A stretch of DNA of 63,437 nucleotides, filler included, from Octopus bimaculoides (GCF_001194135.2; 7 parts of 6 records of this genome joined end to end with filler, not necessarily neighbours in it), one strand, 5' to 3'. Numbered from the whole stretch's first letter, positions 24,334-37,986 are shown. Notes: a model not told the origin generated them from the sequence alone. Made by a program: numbers and translations.

Positions 24334-25829
24334 ATAGACCCTGCTATGTCAAGATGGACTTATATATTCTTCCTCTGCTCTCTCCCACTTGGTTTTAATA
24401 TGTTGCCACATTTGTAATATGTCTTTTTTTCTACATTTTTTTCGTGCAGCTGAAGATTGCTCTTCATATTGCATTTAAGGTAATGCTCACATTACTTAAA
24501 TAAATTGAAGTAGCATGAAACGTGCGTACTGCAATCACTTTTGAAATCCGTGTTGCTTATTATTTGATTTTAATCACCCATCCTTTTGGGANNNNNNNNN
24601 NNNNNNNNNNNNGTGCAATCAATGGGAGCGGGTAAAAGTGGAGGTTTTACCCAAAATTTGTGTAACAATTAGAAAATAGAGGATAATATGCTGAACCCAA
24701 CTACTTGCAGACGGTGTATCCCGTTGAATTCATTAATTTAATTCATAGCACAAGTGACAAAGGGAGGAAGAAAAGAAAAAGAAAGAAAGAACCAAAGCAC
24801 AGGTGTCCATGGCAGACTATGTTATTTTGCCAACATGGTTTACATATAGAAGTACAAAGTACATAAGGAATTAGAGGATATATATATATATACATACTCA
24901 CATCGTATGTACGTATGTATACACACACACACACACACACACACACAAATATACGTGTGTGTTTAAGGTGAAGGGGCGAGAGGGAGGGAAAGAGAAATGA
25001 AGAGAAAGAAAGACCTTTACCACTGAGAAATTTAGCTGTAAACACAATGTATTCGCATGATGTCATTAAATTAAGCAACATAAGGCAAGTCTTTTAAATT
25101 CTACTGAAATTATTGTTTAGAATAACCAAAACCAAATCTAACTAGTAAACATTGACTGCATCGAATATAACGCAAAATCTAAGTTGTCTTTTGAACATAA
25201 ATTTGTTTGAGTAACTTATGTGTTAATGCTATAAAATATACCACTATTTATTCGTATAACGTCATTAAATTAGACAACGTATGACAAATCTTTTAAATTC
25301 TACTAAAATAGTATTGAAAATAAACGGAAGAGATATCAACAAATAAAGTAACGACTGAATGTATCAAATACCACACAAAATCTCAAGTTTGTTTATGTTT
25401 TAATATACTGGACTGAAACAAAATTCCAATTTATAAGCGCAATGATATGTTCGACACTTCTGTTTCTTACTCTGCTATCTAATATTTCAACTGAAGCGAT
25501 ATATCTATATACATAACGGATTCTGATGCTGCCGAAATGTCTTTTGATAGCTGAACCAAAGTGTACAATCGCCAGTTATTGCAAAATCGATAACTTTACT
25601 CTCCATCCGGTTCTCTATATCTATTGTTGTTTAAATCATGAACAATATTGCCTTTAACAAAAAAACAAATTATTTATCTGATCATTTGCTCTACGGCTGC
25701 TGGGTTATCGTCAGATAAAAGTGACGGACGACATTTCACACACACACACATAGATGTACACATACAGATATACACATGCATGTATATGTAAGGACACATA
25801 CAAAAATACATAATGTACACATACAATAC

Positions 25830-25960
25830 AAATACCTACCTACCAACCCACCTACCTACCTACCTACCTACCTACATAAATACATACATACCTACCTACC
25901 TACCTGCCTGCCTGCCTGCCTGCCTGCCTACCTACCTACCTTACTTCTTACCCACCTATC
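25830..25960. repeat. (CTAC)n/(CTGC)n compound microsatellite
   Basis: Direct reading of the sequence. Confidence 0.95.
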
Positions 25961-26494
25961 TACATTCATACAAGCATGCATATAAACATATAAACATACA
26001 TACGTACGTACATATATACATAACGCATATTAGTTGCTGAGTCTGGAGTAAGGGTCATTACACATACAGACTTTCCTAGATCAGTGAGCAGGATTCCATT
26101 GAAGCTACTACTGAAGCTACTGCAGATCAGCTTTTACACGAAAAATGAGAAAGGAAAAGATTCTTCTGAGAAGTACTGAATATGGTAGTTAGTGTAGGGA
26201 CAAGGAGGTTGAACTCACCAAGACTAACTGGAGGTGGAAAGACAAACGGGTTGAAGATGCCTGAATGATAGAAATACGAGGAACAGAAACTGTTATAGAA
26301 GCTACAGTAAAGCCAGGGGTTGGAGAATTCAGTTAGTGATTGAATTCCAATTAGTCAAGTGGTCTTCTAGATGTGGGTCAAGATTCTGAGTGCATATTAG
26401 CAGAACCGCCTCAGCTGTGGTAACACTACCACATTACAGGAACACCTAAGCATTGTTGAGTGTCATACATACATACATACATACATACATACAT

Positions 26495-26839
26495 GCTGTT
26501 GTTGGCACTCCGTCGCTTACGACGTTGAAGGTTCCAGATGACCCGATCAACGGAACAGCCTGCTTGTGAAATTAACGTGCAAGTGGCTGAGCATTCCACA
26601 GACACGTGTACCCTTAACGTAGTTCTCGGGGATATTCAGTGTGACACAGTGTGACAAGGGTTGCCCTTTGAAATACAGGTACAACAGAAACAGGAAGAAA
26701 GAGAGAGAGAAAGCTGTGGTGAAAGAGTACAACAGGGTTCGCCACCATCTCCTGCCGGAGCCTCGTGGAGCTTTTAAGTGTTTTCGCTCAATAAACACTC
26801 ACAACGCCCGGTCTGGGAATCGAAACCGTGATCCTATGA
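26495..26839 (-). mobile_element. tRNA-derived SINE family C
   Basis: The minus strand starts at the gap with a B-box (ggtttcgattcccagaccgggcg) and ends in ..aagcgacggagtgccaacaacagc. Related pieces occur at ~53730-53810 and ~54520-54640. Confidence 0.7.
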
Positions 26840-27280
26840 NNNNNNNNNNNNNNNNNNNNNNNNNNNNNNNNNNNNNNNNNNNNNNNNNNNNNNNNNNNNN
26901 NNNNNNNNNNNNNNNNNNNNNNNNNNNNNNNNNNNNNNNNNNNNNNNNNNNNNNNNNNNNNNNNNNNNNNNNNNNNNNNNNNNNNNNNNNNNNNNNNNNN
27001 NNNNNNNNNNNNNNNNNNNNNNNNNNNNNNNNNNNNNNNNNNNNNNNNNNNNNNNNNNNNNNNNNNNNNNNNNNNNNNNNNNNNNNNNNNNNNNNNNNNN
27101 NNNNNNNNNNNNNNNNNNNNNNNNNNNNNNNNNNNNNNNNNNNNNNNNNNNNNNNNNNNNNNNNNNNNNNNNNNNNNNNNNNNNNNNNNNNNNNNNNNNN
27201 NNNNNNNNNNNNTATATATAATATATATATAATATATATATAATATATATATAATATATATATAATCGGCCAGTATTAGT

Positions 27281-27585
27281 TTATTCTTTTATTTGTTTCA
27301 GTCATTTGTCTGCAGCCATGCTAGAGCACCGACTTTAGTCGAGCAAATCAACTCCAGGGCTTATTCTTTATAAACCTAGTACGTATGCTATCGGGCCATT
27401 TTGCCGATCTGCTAGGTTACGAGGAGGTAACTTCTTTCAGTTCTCATCTACCAAATCAACTCACAAGGCTTTGGTCGGTCTGAGGCTATAGTAGAAGACA
27501 CTTGCCCAGGGTGCCATGCAGTGGGACTGAACCCAGAAACATGTGGTTGGTAAGCAAGCTACTTAGCACACAGCAATTCATGCGA
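27281..27585 (-). mobile_element. SINE family A, internally deleted copy
   Basis: Head and tail align with 10381-10912; the central microsatellite block is missing. Confidence 0.85.
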
Positions 27586-28291
27586 CTATAGTAGTTCATA
27601 AATCCGAAAGAAGTACACTCTAAAAATTAAATCAGTAATACTTAAATGATTATTGGTTAGGATCTTGGAGAGACGCAAACATTACAGCCTGGGCCAAATA
27701 CACATGATATTTAAAAAAGGTGGATACGTCATACATAAATAAATGGAAGCTCCTAGAACAATCGGACAGTGCCGTAACGGGAGCAAACAATGCAAACCTT
27801 CCTTGGCTGAGAGCACAACGATCCTAATGAAATCAAGCAACCCTGGCACCCTCTTAAACTCCGAAAAATGAATGTTTTGTCGGTGCTCTCATCAGAGAAA
27901 TCCATGGTGAAAACATGGATTTCCCCCGCTTGCCGTCTACTGAAAAGTAGTAATCTAGTGCTATCTCTTTTGAGACTTAACTGGAATCGATCTATAGGGG
28001 ATAGTTTCATCTCACCCAGTAAAATTGTCGAAAAAACGATTTTCGTTTCTGAATATTTTATTTACAACCAAAGATGACTAAGACTAGCTCCTGCCTCCAG
28101 TTGTAGAGAGGTTAAGAGCCTCTAGCCATCGTGTCTAACGAGTTAGTAACACTACTAAGAACCCTACAGGTCCGAAACCAATAGGTCACTCTCTGACCGG
28201 CCATAATCCTATAATCATAAACCATTTAAGTATATATATATATATATACATAGACACAAACATACCAGCATATACATACATGCATACATAC

Positions 28292-28325
<34 letters not shown>

Positions 28326-28637
28326 GTTTATGTGTGTGTGTTTGAGTATCGCTTGCGTCATAATAGTATTGAAACTTCGAGAGATAGGCAATAAATGTTT
28401 TCAGCAGTAGAACTCGAAGTAGATAAACCTATAAATAATAGCATGTAGACTATCGGATTAAATACAACCCTTGGATGGAGAAAGACTGCGTATCTTTCGA
28501 CTTTTCTATCCAAGAAGTCTTTTCAGCCCAATATCCTATTATTTATAGCCTTTTCTACTTTGAATTCCAGCGTTACGAACTATAACACACAAACATACAC
28601 AAATGCAGACATACACACACACGCCCACACATGCCCG

Positions 28638-28694
<57 letters not shown>

Positions 28695-29628
28695 NNNNNN
28701 NNNNNNNNNNNNNNNNNNNNNNNNNNNNNNNNNNNNNNNNNNNNNNNNNNNNNNNNNNNNNNNNNNNNNNNNNNNNNNNNNNNNNNNNNNNNNNNNNNNN
28801 NNNNNNNNNNNNNNNNNNNNNNNNNNNNNNNNNNNNNNNNNNNNNNNNNNNNNNNNNNNNNNGTGTGTGTGTGCGTGTGCGTGTGTGCGTGCGTGCGTGC
28901 GCGTTTGTGTGTGTGTGTGCGTGTGTGCGAGTGTGTGTGTGTGTGTGTGTTTGTGTGTATGTATGTGTATTCATGTGTGTGTATTTCCGTCGTATTTTCT
29001 TTAAATAAAAGACAGAAAGTGTAAGATAGTGGCTTGATAGATAGATTCCGTCTAAGACCCTTGCAGTTAACGACCCGTGGATGACCGCAGGCAAATGATT
29101 GAAAATAGAACAAGAAGGAAAAAATATACTTAATCACTGAAGAATAGGTGTCCGCACTCTTTTGCAAAGCAATTTATATAGAAAAAACACGAGAAGCAAA
29201 AGAAAAGAATATCATGAATCGATAAAGAGTTGTAACAGCGATGTATTATTTTCAAACTACCTTGAAAGTCTCATTGATATATGTGACACTATTGCTACAG
29301 ATTATGTTGTTTACGTTATCTAATACTTAAAGAGAAGCAGGATCTTGGTGATTTTAATGTCATTTGGAGTGATAGATTTAAATATGAAACTGGAAAAAAT
29401 ATTGACAAATGCTTGTTATTTTCCTTAATTAAATTTGAACAAAATTCGTTACGTCGTTTTCATTAACCAAGTTTCTTTATATAACGAAGGCTAACCAGTG
29501 TTCTTTTCATAACAAATTAATTTTTGCTGCCAATATTCACAATGTGCGTGACCACATTCTCGTATAGAATGAATACAATCAGTCAAAAGCGGTGGGTGTG
29601 TACACACACACACACACACATACATACA

Positions 29629-29659
<31 letters not shown>

Positions 29660-30856
29660 NNNNNNNNNNNNNNNNNNNNNNNNNNNNNNNNNNNNNNNNN
29701 NNNNNNNNNNNNNNNNNNNNNNNNNNNNNNNNNNNNNNNNNNNNNNNNNNNNNNNNNNNNNNNNNNNNNNNNNNNNNNNNNNNNNNNNNNNNNNNNNNNN
29801 NNNNNNNNNNNNNNNNNNNNNNNNNNNNNNNNNNNNNNNNNNNNNNNNNNNNNNNNNNNNNNNNNNNNNNNNNNNNNNNNNNNNNNNNNNNNNNNNNNNN
29901 NNNNNNNNNNNNNTATATATATGTATATACATACATACATACACATAGTATTATGTTTGATAAAACAAGATTATCGAAAAGTGATAGCTTTCAATACAGG
30001 TAAAGAGTAAATGTATTTGTATTTCTTAATAAATACTAGTAAACACACCTTATAGGTCACCATGGAAATCGTAATTTCACATCGCTCTTCAGACAATCAG
30101 TCTCTATTTTTTTTGTGCGAATAGAACAAATTCTATAAATAATACACATATTTTACGTTCAAGGTTCGGAAGCTGACTTCCCCTCTACATAATCCAACGT
30201 AGAAATGATACAGAATCGTTACATAGGCAAGAGTGAAGGAAAGTTTAAAAATGACTTTATAATCATACATTTTTGCATAAACTCCACATAAAACGAACAT
30301 AGCAAAATTCAGCATTTTCAACTGAAACCAGAAAAATGAAAACGTCATGTCTTATTTCCTCCCTATAACTAGTTTACCTCTCTTCACCATACTGAATTTG
30401 CGTGATACATCTATAATTATTTTCCAATGGATTCGACATTTTAATATTTGCTTCATATCTTCTCCCATCCCCGCTCCGTTTGTGAGCGTTCTAGCTTGCA
30501 TCTTTGCTTTTAAGACACATGTTCTCTCTTGAATATACCCTTGTGTTTTAATCCTTTAACTCAAATATATCAATGAATATTCCTCACACATTACAAAAAT
30601 GTTCCCATCTGCAGGCGCTAATTTGTTCCGCCGCTAAAAGAAATAACCAGATGGTATTCAAGGTGGAATGATTAACGTTTATTAAAGAAAAGACATTCTA
30701 CTTTGAAGAAGGATGTAGCTTATAAGAAAAACGCATGCGTTTTACTGTTCTGTTCAAATGCAACAAAAACAAGCGGAAACAGGAAATCTGAAAGGGCAAT
30801 GTAAGACCGTGAAACACAGAGTGAACTAATACATGCTTATTCAAATTGGTTAATGA

Positions 30857-30901
<45 letters not shown>

Positions 30902-30931
30902 CGAACCCACACACATATATGTATGCATCTG

Positions 30932-30962
<31 letters not shown>

Positions 30963-31062
30963 ATATTAGGGACAAAATCCAAAATTACAGGTAAAAAACT
31001 CAATTAAAATCAATTTATNNNNNNNNNNNNNNNNNNNNNNNNNNNNNNNNNNNNNNNNNNNN

Positions 31063-31074
31063 TTAATTAATTAA
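31063..31074. other. Synthetic scaffold linker TTAATTAATTAA within 44N+12+44N (also at 38283, 49878, 52449, 59622 and 61251)
   Basis: An identical 100-bp unit occurs six times, and the 12-mer encodes a stop in all six frames. It is an assembly spacer, not biological sequence. Confidence 0.95.
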
Positions 31075-31118
31075 NNNNNNNNNNNNNNNNNNNNNNNNNN
31101 NNNNNNNNNNNNNNNNNN

Positions 31119-31166
31119 GACAGACAGACAGACAGACAGACACATTCTCATTTTTATATATATAGA
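31119..31166 (-). mobile_element. 5' tip of a non-autonomous Helitron/HINE-like repeat
   Basis: Minus strand a|TCtatatatataaaaatgagaatgtgtctgtctgtc matches the start of the copy at 45945. Confidence 0.55.
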
Positions 31167-31269
31167 TGTACAAGAAAGGGCTCTAAGATATGGATGGCAA
31201 ACATATTTATTTTCAGCTTTTGTTGTTTTCTTTTACTATTAACTAGTAAAGCTAGAAAAGGCAACTCCA

Positions 31270-31460
31270 TCATCATTTTAATGTCCACTTTCCCATGCTT
31301 GCATGGTTCAGTTGGAGTTTATTGAGGTAGATTTTCTATGGCCAGATACTGTTTCTGTTGCCAACCCTCATCTGTTTACAAGCAAAGTAATATTTCCCCA
31401 TGGCCAGACATGTTTTCACAGAATATTGGAAATGAATGACACTGCTTATGTAACATTATG
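31270..31460 (-). mobile_element. CpG-decayed RTE-tail-type repeat in the TOM1 segment
   Basis: catcatcattttaatgtccactttcccatgcttgcatgg resembles the start of the copy at 37395. Confidence 0.5.
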
Positions 31461-31539
31461 TGATGTCAAAACAAGGAGACAAGCATTCTCTGTCTCTCTC
31501 TCTCACTTTCTTACATGTGCATGCATATACACACACAAA

Positions 31540-31660
31540 CATGGCTTCTTTACTGTCTACCAAATCCACCTACAAGGCTTTGCCCAGCTGAGGGCTATAG
31601 TAGAAGACACTTGCCCAAATTGCTGTGCAAAACAAACTTGTTAGCCTCACAGCCATGCTT
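31540..31660 (-). mobile_element. SINE family A, CpG-decayed copy in the TOM1 segment
   Basis: catggcttctttactgtctaccaaatccacctacaaggctttgcccagctgagggctatagtagaagacacttgccc aligns to family A with its CpGs lost. Confidence 0.75.
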
Positions 31661-31921
31661 GCATCTGTGACTTGTCTGTGCCTATTAAATTTATAATACA
31701 TATGTTGCCAAAATCATACTATGAAAATCATTATCATAGTCATTTGCAAAACACCTAGTATTTTCTTATATAATGTCCTCCCTCTTTTCTTGCTGTGTTT
31801 TCGGATGTAAAATGTAATATGCTAGTGTTTGATCTAAATTCTTTGAGACTGGCCTTCTTTAAGCTCTATTCCCAGTTCTCTTTACTACCAGTTTGCAATT
31901 GTCTGGTCTCTTTAATTACAG

Positions 31922-32079
31922 GTGAATTATTACGGGTGAATGATGACCTAAATAATGTATTTCTCCGTTATGAGAGATTTGAACGGTTTCGAGCTGGACA
32001 GACAGGTTCACAGACCACTGATGCAAGCAATACTCCACCTGTAACACAAGACTCCTATCTTCCACCATCATATGAACAG
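31922..32079 (+). CDS. TOM1: TOM1/TOM1L2-family internal exon, end of GAT domain ([53 protein letters not shown])
   Basis: Acceptor ttacAG|31922, donor CAG|GTAAGC at 32080. The translation matches the recalled TOM1-family GAT C-terminus motif ELLxVNDxLNNVFLRxERFERFR. Its phase-0 end joins the next exon. Confidence 0.92.
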
Positions 32080-32164
32080 GTAAGCAAAACAAAACAGAGC
32101 AAAATGCAAAGTGATTTTTAATTTTCAGCAAATATTTCTTTCTGCTATTGGTGCCAGGCCTGAA

Positions 32165-32320
32165 ATCTTGTGGGAGGGAGCTAAGTCAGTTACATTGACC
32201 CAAGTGCTCAACCTCAAAAGTACAAAATGCAAAGTTGACCTTGGTAAAATTTGAATTCAAAACATAAAACCAGAAGAAATGCTGCTGAACATTTTGTCCC
32301 ACAAACTAACAATTCTGCCA
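32165..32320 (-). mobile_element. SINE family B, CpG-decayed intronic copy
   Basis: gttacattgaccc.agtgctcaa...gcaaagttgaccttggtaaaatttgaattcaaaacat versus gtcgacctcggcggaatttgaactcagaacgt in less decayed copies. Confidence 0.65.
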
Positions 32321-32799
32321 GATCACCACTTTTGATAATAATAGTTCTAAAAAGTTTTTACACTAAAATACATGTACATTTAGCAATACATACACATATC
32401 AAACAATCTATAATGTATGTCTATATACACTAAATATAAATGGATATATCTTTTAATTTATTATTATTTTTACAGCTAATTATTTACTCTGTGTATGCAG
32501 GCCTTTTAATTTCTTCATAAGCTATTTTTGATTGAAGGTTTTTTTCAATTTTTATAATAATACAATTTTAAACCACAATTTGTTATTTCCTGCAACCAGT
32601 TATTGAAAAGATTGTTAGTTGAAAGGACCAATGAAACAAAACCATTTTCAAATGTGTATCTATCAAAGTAATTGTATTTCTGCATATAACTTTATCTTAC
32701 TCCATTCTAAACAAAACTGTCCAATGAATGGGAATGTGAAACTCTGAGTAAAAGTTTTTGTGATATTTTTGCTGCTTTTTAATGAAGTATATACACATA

Positions 32800-32950
32800 C
32801 ACATATGTTTGTTGAACTTCTTTCAGTTTCCATCTGTCAAATTCACTGATGAGGCTTTGGTCAATCCAGAGATATAGTAGAGGACACTTGCCTAAAGTGC
32901 TATCATGTGATTGGAAAGTCAACTTGACTATACAGCCATGCTTGCACCCA
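32800..32950 (-). mobile_element. SINE family A, CpG-decayed intronic copy
   Basis: cttctttcagtttccatctgtcaaattcactgatgaggctttggtcaatccagag; ccgt has become ccat. Confidence 0.75.
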
Positions 32951-34511
32951 CATGATACATACATACTGTCTTAATAACTCTTAAAGTCTTGTGAATCTGT
33001 CTCTATATAAATTTCTCAATCTTGTTAGAAACTAGGGGTTTTGACAAAATGCAGTTAGTTTAGTATAAAAGTCATAAAAATTTAATTGTTGCATGCATCA
33101 GTATGAAATTTCCTGATGTGTTTTAATGATCATTAGTGTACATTGTGAATGTGGTTTTTACCCATTTTCATGTCGCTGTTACCTACCAAGGTGTACTATA
33201 TACAGTTAAGTTGAATACAACAAGGTGCTTTCACATATATTTACAAGATATTGACTCCCTGTCTCAGAGTTAAATTTATGTTCCAGTTAGTCTTTGTAAC
33301 TTGAAAGATTTACAGCTCCTATTAGAAAAAAAAAAACAAAACCTTTATCTCTTTCACAGAAACATTTTATAAGTCCCAACAAATTTATTGTTATTTTCTC
33401 TTATTACAATAATAACACTCTCCTCATAAACCCACCAGTATGCAGAGACCTTACATTTCAAATGTATCAGTAAATTGATTTTTGTTTTTTCTAGTCCACA
33501 GAATTGACTAATGAAGGCGTAAATTGAGTCTCAACTACATGTTAATTCCACTTTTTCTTAGAATTGATAAATCCTAATGTCACTGAGCTGGTCCATACAG
33601 ATGACACTGAAATATCTTTTTAATTATTTTCTCATTGTTCAAACTATTCTTTTTCAAATTAAAAGAATAAGTAAATAAATTATGAAAGGATGACTGGATT
33701 TGCACATCATAAGTGACCAGATTACTACTACAACATGGAAGAGATTCTGTACACATGATTCAGCACCTATGTATTTGCAGTCAGCCATTGCTCTCTCTCT
33801 CTTTCTCTCTCCTCCCCTTGAGAAACTTTCATTGGACTCTTGAATTTTTCTTCCACTTTGTGCCAAAATATATCTATGACCACAGTGTTAGGATTAAAGT
33901 GTTTGACATTGGTTACAAAGTCATTTGGTTAAAACTGTTTCCATCTTTGCATTAAGACTCTTAAAAAATGTTACTTATTTAATCGAACTAATATATATCT
34001 TGCTGGAAACACATGCAGCTGTAAAAATATGTGCTGAAATAATACAAATATTTGATTTGGGTGTGTGGGGTGGGGAATGGTCTCTACATTACATTAATTA
34101 AATAAATACTAGTGAAAATGTCTGAATCATCTTTTTGTCAAAACAAAACGCAATTAAGAAGTAGTTCAAATTAAATCATCTTCAACTGTTGTACAAAGCT
34201 GCAAGGTAACATCTGCACATGTCACCTTTTCCTTAACACAGTATGTTTTTTTGTTTTTTTTTCTCATTTAATGTCATGTCAGCTAGTAAAACCTGTAAAT
34301 GTTGTTGAAGAGAACTTACTTTAACTTTTGTGATACCAACCCATCTGCAACCTATAATAATAATGAAATCCGTTTTTAAGAAAATGACACTTGATAGCTA
34401 CAAATTCTAAGTGGAACAACACAACTGAATAGTTCATTTTGTAGTTTAGTGAATTCAAGTTGTTGAAACAATTGATAATTTCTGAATCATTTTTTTTTTT
34501 TCATATACCAG

Positions 34512-34620
34512 GTTCAGGCATCCAGTCAGTCTTCAAATGTTGGCAACCTTATTGATTTAGGTGAAGATGGTGCCCAGCAGACAGGACAGTCAGATATTCA
34601 CACCCAGCTAGCAGGCATGA
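34512..34620 (+). CDS. TOM1: TOM1/TOM1L2-family internal exon (VQASSQSSNVGNLIDLGEDGAQQTGQSDIHTQLAGM)
   Basis: Poly-T tract and ccAG acceptor, GTTAGT donor at 34621; 109 nt, phase 0 to 1. Contains the NLIDLG and QLAGM motifs typical of the TOM1 C-terminal region, in frame with both neighbouring exons. Confidence 0.88.
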
Positions 34621-35005
34621 GTTAGTAGCTTTCTCTCTTTTTTTTTTTGTTTTCTTTCTTTTTTTGCCTGCTATTTATAAGTATTCTATTCAGTACTTTA
34701 CTTTACTGAAAACCTCTGTCGGAGGAAAGGAAAGAGTTGTTTTTTTTTTTTTTTAATATTAGCAGTCATGAAGGAGAATAAAAATAAGTACTTTTCTTTC
34801 TTTCTTTTACTGGCTTCGGTCATTTATTTGACTGCCACCTTAATACATCTTCAAGAGCTTTACGTTGATTATATCAACCTGTTTTCAATCCCTGAGGAAG
34901 ATGAACAGTAGAGTTGTTTTTGTGTAAAGGGAAATGACCAAGGCAGATCAAGAATATCATAGATTGAGGCACATCTTGATATATTAAAAAAATATTTTTT
35001 AAAAA

Positions 35006-35052
<47 letters not shown>

Positions 35053-35129
35053 CACACGCACACGCACACATATCGGCACACACCACATATTTAATGAGCT
35101 TCCACTTCATTTCCATTTACCAACTCACA

Positions 35130-35965
35130 AACCTATGCTTAACCAAAAGCATTTGCCCAGTTAATGTACTGCAGATTGGAATCCAACCCAGAATGATGTG
35201 GTTACAAACCATACTGTTTTGCCTACATCCTGTATTTTGTATTACAACAATGATTTAGGTTCTTCTTATGTCTGTTGTGAAAACAGAGCATCTATCAAAC
35301 AGGCATGGTGCAGGGGCTAGCTCACTTTGCAACTACATGGCTTTGGGTTCAATTGTACTGCATAGCACTTTGCACAGTTTTTTGGGGTTTTTTTCCGAAC
35401 CATATCTTTGAGTTGGTCAATGCCTTATGAGAGGAATTTGGTATGCAGATACTGTGACCAAATTTTGTACAATGGTTGTTTCAACCCATCCTGCAACTGT
35501 CCTTTATGGGTGGGATGCTGTGCAAGGTTGATGCAACATAGTATGATGCATAGCATCCTCTCATAAAGGACAGTCACAGGATGTTTGTGTGTACATATGT
35601 GTATATCTTTTGCTGAAGGACATAAACACCAATGTGAAAACTGATCCTCTTTTTATGAGGTTTATTACAGTATTTGTTTTGCACTGAGCTAAAGGTACTC
35701 CCTTGTCACCATCAGAAACGCAATGAACCACTAGTTTGACCATTGAAAACTCTGTTACCAATGATTGATTGCTATAAAAGCACTAATGTAACCAAATACA
35801 CAAACAGGCATACATGCATGCATGCATGTTCACCCCCCCCCCCACTGAGTCCAAGGTTAATGTTAAAACACACTTGCCCAAGGTACTCTGCAGTAGAATT
35901 GAACTTGAAATCCTGTGGTTGGGAAGCAACCGTCTTAACCACTCAACCCTCAACCACACCTTGGC
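35130..35965. mobile_element. Cluster of three decayed SINE family A heads in a TOM1 intron (35130-35225 minus, 35285-35460 plus, 35865-35965 minus)
   Basis: Recognisable acttgcccaagg...gaac...catgtggtt and ttgggttcaatt.tactg.atagcactttg segments. Confidence 0.55.
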
Positions 35966-36029
35966 CTCCATATTATATATACATAATCTTCTTTTAAGGC
36001 TTGTTTCATTATCGTCTGAATATTTACAG

Positions 36030-36177
36030 GTTTGAATTCTGGCAGCATAAGCAGCACACTTGGACAAATCAGCAGTACTACTGCCATGAATCGGTCTTCA
36101 ACAGGCACACAGGATACAGAATTTGATATGTTTGCCCAATCGAGACAATCGTTTGATCAGAGTAGAAAGAATATGGG
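36030..36177 (+). CDS. TOM1: TOM1/TOM1L2-family internal exon (SLNSGSISSTLGQISSTTAMNRSSTGTQDTEFDMFAQSRQSFDQSRKNMG)
   Basis: tttacAG acceptor, GTAAGT donor at 36178; 148 nt, phase 1 to 2, frame-compatible with the previous exon. Contains the TOM1-family EFDMFAxxR motif. Confidence 0.88.
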
Positions 36178-36789
36178 GTAAGTAATATCCGTAGTCATAC
36201 ATAGTGATCAAACAAGTATCTATCTAACTATCTGGTTGCACACTGTGAAATGGTTGCTGTTAGGAAGGGCATCTAGACATGGAAACCAGAGCTGACATGG
36301 AGCACAATGCAGTTTGGTGGCTCATCAAACTGCCTAACCCATATCAGCATGAAAAACAGACATTAAATGATGATGATAAATAATATATATACATATATAT
36401 ATATATATTATACTAAAACTCAAAGTTTGTCTGTTTCCCTGCCGTCTAATTAAAATGATTAAGGATTACAAATAAAATAGTTATTTCCCCCTTTAAGAAA
36501 AAGAATCAAGTTGAAAATGTCAATTTGTGACTTTAAAAAGTCATCACAGCTACCCCATCCGTCCTTTACTTTTTACTTCATTTTTTTCTTTTTTCCTTTA
36601 TTTATACAACTTTTCTTCAATTATACAACTTTCAGAGTGCCATGGGTTGAAAGATACAAATTCTCCTTATATTTTTATGAGATATTTTTTTGAATCATGG
36701 GTATTTTTTTTTTTTTTTCCTTAAAGGAGAAACTACTATTTTATTTAAAATAAAATATTAATCTTTATCATCTTAATCAAAAGACAGAA

Positions 36790-37285
36790 AAACCGAGACT
36801 ATCACTTTATAGATGAAGATCAGTTGCAATGGGAGGAGTTAAATCTCATAATGGAAAAACAAACAACAAATGGCTTGTACCTTATAATGAAACTCTTTTA
36901 AGAGCATTCAAATTCCACTGCAACATGGAAATCATTGCCTTGGTAAGGTCATCAAGTACATGCTGAAAGGAAATGACCAAGCTGCTGTTCAAATAAACAA
37001 TGATAACGAAATTAGTCAATATTTAATGGGTATGTGTATTAGACCATGTGAAGCAGTTGCATACATTTTAGGATTTTTAATTCATGAAAGAGCACTTGCA
37101 ATAGTGAGACTGTAAGTTCATCTACCAGATGAACCAAAAATATTGCTTAGAAATAATGAGGATATACATGGCTGTCAATGAACGATATAGAACAACATTG
37201 ACAGAATTCTTTTCATTGTGCATCGATGAAAAACATTTCTTTATGCTGAAGTACTCATGTATTTCACTTGGAACAAGGAATGGCA
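36790..37285 (+). mobile_element. Helitron Rep/helicase coding fragment (intronic, decayed)
   Basis: NNKWLVPYNETLLRAFKFHCNME..VIKYMLKGNDQA..NEISQYLMGMCIRPCEAVAYILGFLIHER..VHLPD..TTLTEFF..FLYAEVLMYFTW matches the recalled Helitron motifs WVVPYN..HINVE..KY..KG.D..EI..Y...R.IS..EA..RI..F.IHER..VHL..TTLT.FF..LY.EV..Y.TW. Confidence 0.85.
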
Positions 37286-37394
37286 AAGAAGAAAGTGATC
37301 AAAAAACGCTGAAGATCATTTGAACATTTTCAAAGAAGGAACACTTCGTTGTGTTCATGTTGTCACACCAAAGGCAGGAAAACTGTATTCATCA

Positions 37395-37810
37395 CCATCA
37401 TCATCCTTTAACATCCATTGTCCATGCTGGCATGGGATGGACGGTTTCACCAGGGCTGGAATGCTGCACCAGACTCCAGTCTGATTTGGCATGGTTTCTG
37501 TAGCTGGATGCCCTTCCTAACACCAACCACTCTGAGAGTGTAATGGGTGCTTTTACATGCCACCAGCATGGGTGCCATTTGTGGGACACCAGTATCTGTC
37601 ACGACTGTGATTTTACTTAGCTTCTTCTCAAGCACGACATAATGCCAAGGTCTCGGTCATTTGTCAGTGCTTCTGCAAGGCCCAACACTCAAAAGGAGCT
37701 CTTCATGTGCCATAGTTTATTTTGCCTCCATAAGGCCCAACGCTTGAAAGTTGCTTATGTGCCAGTTATGTGACACCAGCATCAACCATGACTATGATTT
37801 CACTTGGCTT
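37395..37810 (-). mobile_element. RTE-tail-related interspersed repeat, CpG-decayed
   Basis: catcatcatcctttaacatccattgtccatgctggcatgggatggacgg..ggcatggtttctgtagctggatgcccttcctaacaccaaccac. The (CAT)n tail and body are typical of LINE-mobilised repeats. Confidence 0.55.
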
Positions 37811-37939
37811 GATGAGTGATATCGTATCATTTAAGAATTTTATTGCATGAAGTTCCAAATAGTATTTTTTCCTTTATTGCTGCACATAAACATTTTCAAC
37901 CTGGAGTGTTTATGACCCTACAGGTCATGTGTACATGTA

Positions 37940-37979
<40 letters not shown>

Positions 37980-37986
<7 letters not shown>

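Noticed and set aside
26060-26460. Possible CR1/L2 3' remnant on the minus strand
   Set aside because: Only a compositional resemblance; I could not read a diagnostic motif.
27650-28230. Complex GC-balanced segment with two 70-85 aa ORFs as a host exon or LINE ORF1
   Set aside because: No recognisable motif or consistent splice signals. It may be a decayed retroelement, but this cannot be supported without a search.
31019-31118. Recurrent palindromic TTAATTAATTAA (six copies) as a biological motif
   Set aside because: Always centred in exactly 44+44 Ns and encodes stops in all six frames, so it is a scaffolding spacer.
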